A stretch of DNA of 64,000 nucleotides from Aulosira sp. ZfuVER01 (GTDB lineage Bacteria; Cyanobacteriota; Cyanobacteriia; Cyanobacteriales; Nostocaceae), in NCBI GenBank assembly GCA_034530615.2, contig JAVRCV020000004.1:32001-96000 (forward strand). Direction: 5' to 3'. Below are positions 9,913 through 19,700 of this stretch, in pieces. How positions within the stretch are numbered: the stretch's first letter is position 1; every line of letters begins with the position of its first letter. The translations under genes were made by a program, and so were the position numbers. Below the pieces are notes generated by a model. It was not told the DNA's origin, did no database searches, and was given only the letters and a program-made list of their open reading frames with translations.

Positions 9913-10989
9913 TTGATGCGGCAAAGAGCACACGGGGGCAATTTAGCTTGGGCAGCAGCACTGGCTGGCTGTCCCCCTGCTGCTATTCTGGATTTTTCTG
10001 CCAGTATTAGCCCTTTGGGGCCACCAAATAGCGCGATCGCGGCTATTCAATCCCAAATTGGTAATCTTAGGCACTATCCAGATCCTAATTACAGTGAACT
10101 GAGGCTCGCTCTCAGTCACTTCCATCAACTGCCTTATGAGTGGATTCTGCCGGGAAATGGTTCAGCAGAATTACTTACATTAGTTGGTCGAGAATTAGCA
10201 CAATTAGCCGCAACAGTTATCATAACTCCAGCTTTTGGCGACTACTACCGAACTCTCACGGCGTATAACGCTCAATTACTGGAGTTTCCTGTTGATGTGG
10301 AATTGGGTGATTTGTCATCTTTCCTTGACAATGCACAAAATTTAAAGGATTTAGGACTACTCATAAACAACCCCCATAATCCAACAGGAAAGCTTTTTTT
10401 AAGGGAATCGATTCTCCCCTACCTGGATAAGTTTGCCTTGGTAGTGGTAGATGAAGCGTTTATGGACTTTTTGCTTCCTGATGAGGAACAAAGTCTGATT
10501 TCGCTGGTACAGGAATATGACAATTTAGTAGTGTTGCGATCGCTTACAAAATTTTACAGTCTGCCTGGGCTGAGACTGGGATATGCGATCGCTCATCCTG
10601 AGTGCCTATCTAAATGGCAGTTGTGGCGTGACCCCTGGCCTGTCAACACATTGGCGGCGGCTGCGGCGATTGCTGCACTCCAGGATAGGGAATTTCAAGA
10701 GCAAACCTGGTTATGGCTACCACCTGCAAGAACTCAACTCCTTCAGGGGTTGGCTGCAATTCCAGGATTAAAACCACAAAACAGTGCTGCTAACTTTTTA
10801 CTTGTAGAGTCAAAACAGCCTATTTTGCAGTTGCAGCAGCAATTACTGACGCACCACAAGATTTTAATTCGCGATTGCCTGAGTTTTAAAGAACTAGGCG
10901 ATCGCTTTTTCCGCGTTGCTGTACGTACTCAAGTTGATAACCAACGCTTACTCACCGCGTTACACTCAGTGATAAGTGCTGAGTGCTAA
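9913..10989 (+). CDS. cobD: Threonine-phosphate decarboxylase (cobalamin synthesis)
   Basis: HGGN, DFSASISPLG, NNPHNPTG, DEAFMDF, SLTKFYSLPGLRLG. Confidence 0.9.
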   Translation: MMRQRAHGGNLAWAAALAGCPPAAILDFSASISPLGPPNSAIAAIQSQIGNLRHYPDPNYSELRLALSHFHQLPYEWILPGNGSAELLTLVGRELAQLAATVIITPAFGDYYRTLTAYNAQLLEFPVDVELGDLSSFLDNAQNLKDLGLLINNPHNPTGKLFLRESILPYLDKFALVVVDEAFMDFLLPDEEQSLISLVQEYDNLVVLRSLTKFYSLPGLRLGYAIAHPECLSKWQLWRDPWPVNTLAAAAAIAALQDREFQEQTWLWLPPARTQLLQGLAAIPGLKPQNSAANFLLVESKQPILQLQQQLLTHHKILIRDCLSFKELGDRFFRVAVRTQVDNQRLLTALHSVISAEC

Positions 10990-11081
10990 GTTTTGTGTCA
11001 GGTTGTTAGTGGCCAATTATTTCTAATTTTTAATTGGTCACTAACTAATAACCAAAGACAACCAGACAAGGGGGACAAGAA

Positions 11082-11379
11082 ATTTTAGATTTTAGATTTT
11101 GCGGAAAGTTGAGCCAGTGCGTTGGGCGGGTTCCCAAGGCACTCCGTTGGGCGGTTTTGCCGACTTGAAGGAAGTGCCGCCGACTTGAAGCAACTGGCGT
11201 TGCCAGGAGGAGCCAGTGCGGTCTTGGGGAGCCAGTCCGTTGCGGGGGTTCCCCCCGTTGAAGGAACTGGCGTGGTCTCCCCCATGAGCATCTGGCGTTG
11301 GTTTCCCTCCGTAGCAAACTTTCCAAGACGGATTTTAGATTGAAATCTAATCCAAAATCGTAAATCCAAAATCTAAAAT
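11082..11379. mobile_element. Nested cluster of very small dispersed palindromic repeats within STRR flanks
   Basis: GC-rich island; five palindromic units (GCCAG..CTGGC, GGCACT..AGTGCC, GGAAAGTTTGC..GCAAACTTTCC) inserted into each other; ATTTTAG/CTAAAAT flanks. Confidence 0.75.
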
Positions 11380-11422
11380 TGTTTCCAATGCCCAATGCCC
11401 AATGCCCAATGCCCTATGACAA

Positions 11423-12892
11423 ATGACCATTGACTACGATGTTGTGATTATTGGTGGTAGTCTTGCTGGACGCTATGCTGCCCTGGCTGCTACCCAACTA
11501 AGAGCTAAAGTTGCCTTGGTGGAACCCAAAATCGACTATGGTTCTCTCTATCACCACGCTATTAGCGAAATCGGCAACCTAGCACAGCATCTACGTGATG
11601 CAGTGGGTCTGAGTATTCATCAATCACAGGTTGAAACTCCAGAAAAATCACCAATATCTGTAGTATTGCCAGAGGCGATGCTATATGCTCAAGGCGTTGT
11701 CTCCAATGTGGAAGCACAGCATTCTGCCGCTAACCTAGCCGCCCTAGGAGTGGATGTCATTTTTGACAGCGGTCAATTTCAATCTTCGCCCCATTTAGCA
11801 TTTGCGGTTAGCAATCGCCTGCTACGAGGACGTACCTATTTACTAGCCAGTGGTTCACGTCCCGCCATTCCAGACATTGATGGATTGTCAACAACTGGCT
11901 ACCTTACCCTATCGAACATTTGGCAATTTCTATATAAGGGAGATTCTCCCGGCTCAACACTACCTCAAAATTGGGTAATTCTTGGTGGTGTTCCCCAAAG
12001 CATCGAAGTAGCTCAAACCTTAGCGCGGTTGGGTTGCCGTGTCACACTCATCGTTAAGCGTCCCCAGATTTTACCTAATCTTGACCCAGAAATATCTCAG
12101 TTACTTCAGGCACAGTTAGAAGTTGATGGTGTGCGTGTTATCACCCAAACACCAGTCACTCAAGTCATGCTAATTGAAGATAAAAAGTGGATTCAAGCAG
12201 GAGATAAAGCAATTGAAACGGATGAAATTTTAGTAGCCACTGGACAGCAGCCTAACGTTGAATCCCTAAATTTAGCAGCAGTAGACGTGAAATGGTATCA
12301 GCGTCATCTAGTAGTGAATGAGAAATTACAAACCACTAATCCTCGCATTTATGCTTGTGGTGATGTGATTGGTGGCTATGACTTTGCTAATGTCGCTAAT
12401 TATGAAGCAAGAATAGCGTTAAACAATGCACTCTTTTTTTCGAGGTCACGAGTTAATTATCGATGCATACCTTTAGCAATATTTTCTCAGCCGATGTTAG
12501 CGCAAGTAGGTCTTACAGAAAAAAAGGCAAAACGCCAATATAAACATCATGAAATTTTAGTTCTGCGACAGTATTTTAAAACAGTAGCAGCAGCCCAAAT
12601 CCGTAGCGAAACTACAGGTATTTGTAAATTAATAGTGTTACGGAATGGGGAAATATTAGGAGCCGAGATATTTGGCGCAGCAGCAGGAGAGTTAATTAAT
12701 TTAATTGCCTTAGCAATGTCCCAAAATCTTAAAATTCAGCAGCTAGAGAACTTATCACCTGTATATCCTAGTTTTTCAGAAATTGTAGAACAATGTGTAA
12801 GAGAGTGGCACAAGCAAAAGTTAAATAACAACATTGCTAGGCAAGACTTTCTAGAAAGTTTTTTCCAGTTCCGCCGCGATTGGAATATATAA
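11423..12892 (+). CDS. Pyridine nucleotide-disulfide oxidoreductase family flavoprotein (LpdA/MerA-like, no redox-active cysteines)
   Basis: YDVVIIGGSLAG, LASGSRP, IYACGDV, dimerisation domain; CxxxxC absent. Confidence 0.85.
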   Translation: MTIDYDVVIIGGSLAGRYAALAATQLRAKVALVEPKIDYGSLYHHAISEIGNLAQHLRDAVGLSIHQSQVETPEKSPISVVLPEAMLYAQGVVSNVEAQHSAANLAALGVDVIFDSGQFQSSPHLAFAVSNRLLRGRTYLLASGSRPAIPDIDGLSTTGYLTLSNIWQFLYKGDSPGSTLPQNWVILGGVPQSIEVAQTLARLGCRVTLIVKRPQILPNLDPEISQLLQAQLEVDGVRVITQTPVTQVMLIEDKKWIQAGDKAIETDEILVATGQQPNVESLNLAAVDVKWYQRHLVVNEKLQTTNPRIYACGDVIGGYDFANVANYEARIALNNALFFSRSRVNYRCIPLAIFSQPMLAQVGLTEKKAKRQYKHHEILVLRQYFKTVAAAQIRSETTGICKLIVLRNGEILGAEIFGAAAGELINLIALAMSQNLKIQQLENLSPVYPSFSEIVEQCVREWHKQKLNNNIARQDFLESFFQFRRDWNI

Positions 12893-12900
12893 ATATCTAA

Positions 12901-13626
12901 TTACGAATTATTAATTACAACCCATACTACTCCTGCTGTCACCAAGGGAACACTGAGGTTATCTGTACCATGAGGTGAAACTCCCTCAGCTAATGTAGCC
13001 AAAGCACCGCTAACAACCGCCGCCAACAAAGCCTTATTCACACCATAAGCTACTGCTAGGGGGCTGAGTGATGAACCTGGTAGTAACAGTAACACCAGAA
13101 AAACTGCTGTCGTACTCGCTAGCAACATTGCTACTGAACCCTCCCAAGAACGGACAGAACTTCCCACTTGGTATTTATGCTGACCGAAACGTCTGCCAAT
13201 TAATGCCGCTAGTGCATCTCCCCAAGTCATCGCCATCACTCCAGCTACAGCAATAGGAACATTATCTACCGGGCCAGAAGGTCGCCATAACAGTCCAAAC
13301 AGTAGTGTTACGGAAATCGCAAAATAGACCGTACCTGGGGAACTATCTTCAGTATCCATTGCACTGATAACTCGGTAACGATAAAGCAAATAGTTAACTG
13401 CAATAAAGCTAGCAAAGGGTACAATGCCAATTTCCCAGCGATTAAAAAGCAGGAGTACGCCAAATACCCACATTCCTGCACCAACATGGATCATTTTACG
13501 AGTCAGATTTGGCTGGATATGAAATACTCTACCCAATGCTTCACCAAATAGAAGTAGAGCGATCGCATAAGCATAGGATGCTGCTAATCCAATAAAATCG
13601 CTATAGCCGATCCAGTTATTATTCAT
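12901..13626 (-). CDS. Phytol/dolichol kinase family membrane protein
   Basis: RKMIHVGAG, WGDALAALIGRRFG, RSWEGS, DNLSVP. Confidence 0.85.
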   Translation of the reverse strand: MNNNWIGYSDFIGLAASYAYAIALLLFGEALGRVFHIQPNLTRKMIHVGAGMWVFGVLLLFNRWEIGIVPFASFIAVNYLLYRYRVISAMDTEDSSPGTVYFAISVTLLFGLLWRPSGPVDNVPIAVAGVMAMTWGDALAALIGRRFGQHKYQVGSSVRSWEGSVAMLLASTTAVFLVLLLLPGSSLSPLAVAYGVNKALLAAVVSGALATLAEGVSPHGTDNLSVPLVTAGVVWVVINNS

Positions 13627-13660
13627 TGCCTGATGCCTTGATTCTATTTTGATTCAGCCT

Positions 13661-13786
13661 GATTACTTTCTCAAAAAAACATATTACTTACTCAAAATAC
13701 CTTATTACTTTTTCCAAACAACATATTACTTACTCAAAATGCCTTATTGCTTACTCGTTAAGGCATTTCGCTTACTCGTTTTGGTG
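13661..13786. repeat. Six tandem imperfect 21-bp units
   Basis: Units begin at 13661, 13682, 13703, 13724, 13745, 13766 (consensus ~TATTACTTACTCAAAATRCCT). Confidence 0.8.
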
Positions 13787-13914
13787 TTTTCCGCAAGTAA
13801 AAAGCTATATTAGCTTATCAATATAATTGAATGCTTTCTCATTCCAGGAATTTACGCATTCATAATCGCATAATGATTTCAGGGTATAGAGTATAGGACT
13901 AAAACATAAAATTT

Positions 13915-14751
13915 ATGGCTTTTGATAATGTTTGTAAAATATTAGCAGAAAAATATCCAGCGGAGTTTGCACGTTGGTTATTACCTAATGAACCACAAAA
14001 AACCGAAGTTTTAAAAACAGAATTAAGCATCGAACCAATTCGCGCCGACTCTGTAATATTTTTACAAACAGAGAATCGGATTTTACATCTCGAATTTCAA
14101 ACAACAGAAAAATCCGAAACTCCCATTCCCTTGCGAATGTTGGATTATTTTGTCAGGCTAGTGCGAAAATATGATGTGCCAATCACGCAGATAATTATTT
14201 TCTTACAAGAGACAAGTAATGAAATCGCTTTTACCGAAGCATACGTCAATGAGATGACAAATCACAGTTATCGAGTTATACGAATGTGGGAACAAGATTC
14301 GGCATTATTTCTGGAGAATCCTGCATTATTACCGTTAGCACCATTAGCACAGACAGATTCACCGCAAACATTATTATCGCAGGTTGCCCAAAGTGTTGCT
14401 AGAATTTCAGATAGAGAGACGAGGCAGAATACTGCTGCCTATGCAGAGATTTTAGCAGGTTTGCGATTTAATAAAGATTTTATTCGTCAGTTATTAAGCG
14501 AGGATATTATGCAAGAATCAGTGATTTATCAGGATATTTTGCAGAAAGGAGAACAACAGGGAGAACAAAAAGAAGCGCTGAGATTTTGTATGTCTTTACT
14601 TAATGAACGCTTTGGTGAAATTGATTCGTCAATTATTGATAGAGTTCAAGTTTTAAATAAGGAAAAGCTAGAAGCTTTAGGAAGAGCGCTTTTAAAAATT
14701 TCATCAATAGCTGATTTATATACTTGGTTAGATCGGCAGGAAAGTAAGTAA
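13915..14751 (+). CDS. Rpn-family (PD-(D/E)XK) recombination-promoting nuclease / putative transposase with DUF4351-type C-terminus
   Basis: RADSVIFL...HLEFQT, RMLDY, GEQQGEQKEA, LEALGRALL..DL..WL. Confidence 0.85.
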   Translation: MAFDNVCKILAEKYPAEFARWLLPNEPQKTEVLKTELSIEPIRADSVIFLQTENRILHLEFQTTEKSETPIPLRMLDYFVRLVRKYDVPITQIIIFLQETSNEIAFTEAYVNEMTNHSYRVIRMWEQDSALFLENPALLPLAPLAQTDSPQTLLSQVAQSVARISDRETRQNTAAYAEILAGLRFNKDFIRQLLSEDIMQESVIYQDILQKGEQQGEQKEALRFCMSLLNERFGEIDSSIIDRVQVLNKEKLEALGRALLKISSIADLYTWLDRQESK

Positions 14752-14783
14752 AAATTATGAACATCTAGTTGTTGAGTTGTTAC

Positions 14784-16598
14784 TTATCCTCTATCCCTTG
14801 TCCCTTGTCCCTTATCACTCTTACGTTTGAGGTTTTTTTCTGTTAACGAAACACTCCCAATCCCTTGGAGAATTCCGCGACCAATTAAACCCAGACCACG
14901 ACCAATGACTTGGGTGAGAATGAAGACAATACCACTACCAAAAATACTTAATAGCGATTGTATCCGAGGTGCGATCGCATCCCGAAATTCTAAGACTAAA
15001 GTCACAACCAGCGGGATGTTCGATAGTTTTGCTAATTCCTGAGCGCGAGGAGCATAAATTGAAGTTTTAGCAATCCCACGTGGTGCTAAGACAAATAACT
15101 CATAGCGGCTTTCAAAAATTGCCTTTGGCTCATTTATATAATTATTTAACCGATATTTCCAAGATAAATTATTTCTAAACCGTTCAATTTCCCTAGTTGA
15201 AATTAATCTGCGATCGTAATAACTTTGCTTAATAGCTTCTAAATCTGCTAAGGAGTTGAGTAGCGGCTGTACTACTCCATTAGCGACTTGAATCAACAAA
15301 TTCTCTAAAATTATTAATGCTTGTGATTGAGCTTCTGAGCTACCTGCTGGGTAAGAGGTATTATCAACTTGCAAATCTGTTTGAAATAATAGATGAGCAA
15401 ATAACTCTATTGTTAAAGGAATTTTATTAAGGATTTCAATTTGGACTACTTGATAACTTTGCAGTAGTAATCTGACAATTTCTATCTGGCGATCGCCTAC
15501 TTGCAAGCGTGAAAATTTACCAAAAAAATCTGTAGTTGTCACTTGCCACAAATCATATAATATTGTATTTTTTAAATCATCCAATTGATTAAGTGAAATT
15601 TTAGCCACCCTCAGTTCATCTAGTTGTTGAGCCAGTTTTTGCAGAATTAGGTAAAGCAATTCTCGCTTTTTATCTTCACACAAGATATCAATTTCTAAAG
15701 GGATATCTGTGACATTTTCCAGAGGCAATTGCAACTTACTAATACAAGCTGCAAATAAATTAGATTGCAATGCCCTTGGGCTAAGTAAAGGTGGTGAATT
15801 TTGTAGCTGTGGTGAGTCAAATCTAGCAATGGCAATACTTTGAGAAGGAATTGTTGGCGGTGGTAGCTGCACAGAAGATGACATAAATTGTTGCTGCTGT
15901 TCCTGTTGCCTTTCTTGTGGTAAAGCCAACATCCGATTCAGCAGCCAACGTGCTGCTAATAGTTCTCGTCGCCGTCCAGCGAGAATTGCTTTATCCATTA
16001 TTGGTAGTCCAGGCACTTGCAATTGTGCTGTCACAGAGTTGAGGGTGGTTTCTATATAAGCAATTCCTGACAAACGCAAATTATTTCTGAGTCTGACGAA
16101 AGGGAGGGCTGTGTGCTGAGTTTTGAGTGCTGAGTTTTGAGTGCTGAGTTCTGAGTCTTGAGTTTCCTCCTCCCCAAACCAAACAGAACCACCTTGCACT
16201 ACTTCTTGCATAGTCGCTACCAATTCCAAAACGGGAGTTCCTTTAGGACAGTAACCATCTACACCAGCCGCCTTTGCTGCTAAAAGTAGCCCTGGTTCTG
16301 TAACAGAACTGAGGAGTAGTAAGGGCAGATGAGGGTATAAAGCTTTAAGTTGTCCACACAGTTGTAATCCTTGCTGTTGCAGTTTGGGGGAACGATTATT
16401 GCCTAATTCCAAAACTACCAAATTTACTTGGTTAGGGTCTTGTTTAGCTAGTTCTGCTAAAACTTGTAAAGCAGCAGTATCTGTTTCTACTTCCCCGACT
16501 ATCAGCAAATTAGGAATTTCTGCCAATGCTACCCGCAGTCCTAAGCGGAAGATCGGGTCTTGGTCAATTAACAATAATCTTAGAGGGCGATCGCTCAT
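14784..16598 (-). CDS. Ycf55/DUF3685-type response-regulator-like protein
   Basis: N-terminal receiver (LLLIDQDPIFRLGL, GYCPKG); C-terminal STREIERFRNNLSW, AIFESRY, GRGLGLIGRGILQG; ATG 16598 preferred over TTG 16634. Confidence 0.85.
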   Translation of the reverse strand: MSDRPLRLLLIDQDPIFRLGLRVALAEIPNLLIVGEVETDTAALQVLAELAKQDPNQVNLVVLELGNNRSPKLQQQGLQLCGQLKALYPHLPLLLLSSVTEPGLLLAAKAAGVDGYCPKGTPVLELVATMQEVVQGGSVWFGEEETQDSELSTQNSALKTQHTALPFVRLRNNLRLSGIAYIETTLNSVTAQLQVPGLPIMDKAILAGRRRELLAARWLLNRMLALPQERQQEQQQQFMSSSVQLPPPTIPSQSIAIARFDSPQLQNSPPLLSPRALQSNLFAACISKLQLPLENVTDIPLEIDILCEDKKRELLYLILQKLAQQLDELRVAKISLNQLDDLKNTILYDLWQVTTTDFFGKFSRLQVGDRQIEIVRLLLQSYQVVQIEILNKIPLTIELFAHLLFQTDLQVDNTSYPAGSSEAQSQALIILENLLIQVANGVVQPLLNSLADLEAIKQSYYDRRLISTREIERFRNNLSWKYRLNNYINEPKAIFESRYELFVLAPRGIAKTSIYAPRAQELAKLSNIPLVVTLVLEFRDAIAPRIQSLLSIFGSGIVFILTQVIGRGLGLIGRGILQGIGSVSLTEKNLKRKSDKGQGTRDRG

Positions 16599-16733
16599 AA
16601 TTTGCTCAAAAACAGAAACCCTGTTCTTCCCCAACTAAATAACAACTCTGATACTCCTGATTGTGACTTCTTTAGGCAACCTCCTGAAAAATGAAGCATA
16701 ATTGCGATATGCAGCCATTAACCATGTAATTAA

Positions 16734-19700
16734 ATGAACCTTCATATTCGGCAGTGGTTAGCGGAAAATAGTATCGAAATACACAGCCTTAATGAATTGT
16801 CAGTAGGGCAAATGGCAGGTGTTGCCTACCGTATTGTTCAGGACATGGAAGTTAAAAGCCTGATGCCATTTGATATTTGTACCCTAACAGAGGTACTAGA
16901 ACTACCCCTAAAAGTTGTTAGAGAAGAAATTACCCTAATTGCTCATTTAACTGAAAATCTCTTGCGTAGTCTCAGCCAAAAAAAACCTTTAAAACGTAAT
17001 GAAGGTACATGGCTGGCATTTCAAATTGCTTATCTTCATGGTTTGCAACAAGTTCTAGATCAGGAAGTCAGCTTGCAAAAACCTTGGTTAGATCGAGCAA
17101 TAATTTGGAATCAGGGTTCAACAGAAAAACTAAAATCTCCGCTGCAAGACGCCCACCTGCATGAGTTGCTGAATACTCTCAACCCAGGAAAACTAACTGA
17201 CACTCAAGCAGAACAAGCACTTTCTTTAGTAGCAAGTTCACTATTGGCACAACAAATCAACAGTGTGACTATAGCTTGGCTGGTTGCCAATGGTGCAGAA
17301 GAAGTTGAGGCGAAACTTATAACGCAGCGTTTGTCACATGCACTTCCTGGCTATTTACTGAAAGTCATTGCTGAAAATCCTGCACCTTTAGCCCAACTGC
17401 AAAAATTTGTCCGCTTGGGAAATTCTCTGCCAACTAATTCCGTCGTCCTAGAAACTGAACTAGTAGAAAGCTCTCCCAGCCCTACAGTAGATGACAAAAT
17501 TGATGCTTGTAGAGAAAGTTATCGAGTTAGTTTACTTCAAAGCCTGAGTCAACCTTTCTTTATGGAATCCTTCGCGCTCAAGGATATCTATGTTCCCCTC
17601 AAAGGTTTGCCAATAGAGGAAGAAAGTAGTTTTGAGCAAGTTCAAAAAATTGGCTCTTTAATTGATTTACAAGTCTGGGCGCAACAACAGCTAGATGATT
17701 TAGAAACTATTGCTGTAATCGAATCGGAACCTGGTTATGGTAAAACTAGTTTCTACCAAATTTGGGCTGCAAAGGTAGCGTGGGAAATTTACCCTACTTG
17801 GATGCCGATAGTCATTCGGCTGCGAGATATAAAATATGGCCAAAGTTTAGTAGCAACTCTCAATTCAGTTTTTCCCCGAGATTTACAGCTAAATTTTGCT
17901 ACCTGGGTGACGCAAGAGCGTTCTCGCTGTCTTTTATTGCTTGATGGTTTAGATGAACTACCACCAACTAAGCAAGGTAACAAGGCAAAAGAGCTTTTTA
18001 TTCAAGAGTTACTAAACTTGCAGTTGCAAGGAAGACATAAGATTTTTTTGACAAGTCGGACAGGAACTTTACAGCAAATTGCCCCTGCATTACCGCAGGA
18101 ATTTAAAAGAATTTCTATCCAGCCTTTGGATGTGGAAGATCTTAGATATTGGTTTCAGCAATGGACTATGGTGCAATCTTTGCCCGTAGCTCAAAACTAT
18201 TTTACGTTCTTAAAACAGGCAGGATTATTTCTCAAAAAACCAAAGTTACCCCTACTCTCAGTTTTAGTCCGCCAACCTCTGATGCTGTATTTGTTGGGCG
18301 TGCTACATCGTGACGGAATGTTAGACGATGAAATATTACAATTAGCCACTAATAGCGCGCCCTTATTATGGGAAATTCACCATCGCCTTAGTCGATGGTT
18401 ATTGGGCTATCCGCTAACAGGTGGTACAAAAACAATGCTCCGACGGTCGGGTTCGGCTCATATCCACCGTACACCAGAAGCGATCGCCAATTTACTCTCT
18501 CATCGCCATCCCCAAAATGTACTTGAGCAAATGCAGGCGATCGCTCTCCAAATTTTACATAGCGATCGCGCACAAATTAATTTATCAAGCAAGGCAAAAG
18601 GCAGAGGGCAGGAGGCAGAAGTGATACTGCCCTCTGCCTCCTGCCTCCTGCCTTCTTCAACTGACGAATTTCCTCTTCAAACCCTGCCAAGCTTTTATTT
18701 TAGAACTCAGCATTCACTCAGCATTGAATTCACTCACTCCAATTTAGGCGAATACCTCTGTGCTGAAGCTATTGTTACCCAACTGAAAATCCTCACGCAG
18801 CGTCAAGAACCAGTAGATATTAAATCTCCGTTTATCCTTGAGTCTCCCTCTGGTGTTGCGCAACACCTTTACAACTTGCTCGGTTACGGTATTCTCAGTG
18901 AGGAAATAGAAGCACTTGTCATCGAAGGATTGCGCTGTCAGCAAAAGTGGCAATTTTCCTTTGAAGTTTTGTTTCAACGTCTTGAGTCTTTCTGGCGTGA
19001 CTACTGTCAAGGTCGTTGGTTAGATGAAGGCATAGTACACCAAGCCGTGACTAATTTTCATGCTCTGCAAAATCCCGTGAATATCGAGCAAGTAAATGCA
19101 GCAGTAGGACTCAATGTATTTCTATTACTTTGTAGTTGCGATCGCGTAGCCAAAGTCTCTTTTTTACCTTGTGGCCATCCTAAAAATTTAGCAGAATTCA
19201 ATCCCCAAACCCTATTCGCGCTAATTTGTAGAACAGCAGTTTTATCAGCAAATACTTTTGCCAAGCGAGTCAGATCCCAATCTCTAGCTGGAATCAACTT
19301 ATCGGGAGCATTTTTGTTACACGTGATTTTAGCTAGGGTAAATCTTAGACAAACTAATTTCTCAGAAGCAACATTGATGGGTGCGAACTTAGCCGGTGCA
19401 AACCTCACTGACGCAAATCTACTAGGCGCAAACCTTATAGGTGCAAATCTCACAGGTGCAAACCTTACAGGTGCAAATCTCACAAGTGCAAACCTTACAG
19501 GTGCAAATCTCACAGGCGCAAATTTCACAGGCGCAAATTTTACCTATACCTGCCTGTTTGATTCTCTGTTGTCGGAAGTACAGAAAGAAGTTGCAATGTT
19601 AAATGGTGCTATCTTCTCTTTAGAAGAGTTTCAACGCCTGAAACGATTTGTGTCAGAGAACTCTCCCGTAAGTAGTTTTAACACAGCAGATAACACAGAT

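Noticed and set aside
11045..11395. Three overlapping ORFs (73-116 aa)
   Set aside because: They are translations of GC-rich nested repeats and STRRs.
13661..13786. Possible CRISPR array
   Set aside because: Units are directly adjacent with no unique spacers, and no cas genes are present.
19058..19528. 156-aa antisense ORF with FAPVR repeats
   Set aside because: Shadow frame of the pentapeptide repeats; the same applies to antisense ORFs within HU, HtrA, ftsZ, psbO, ycf48 and the WD40 gene.
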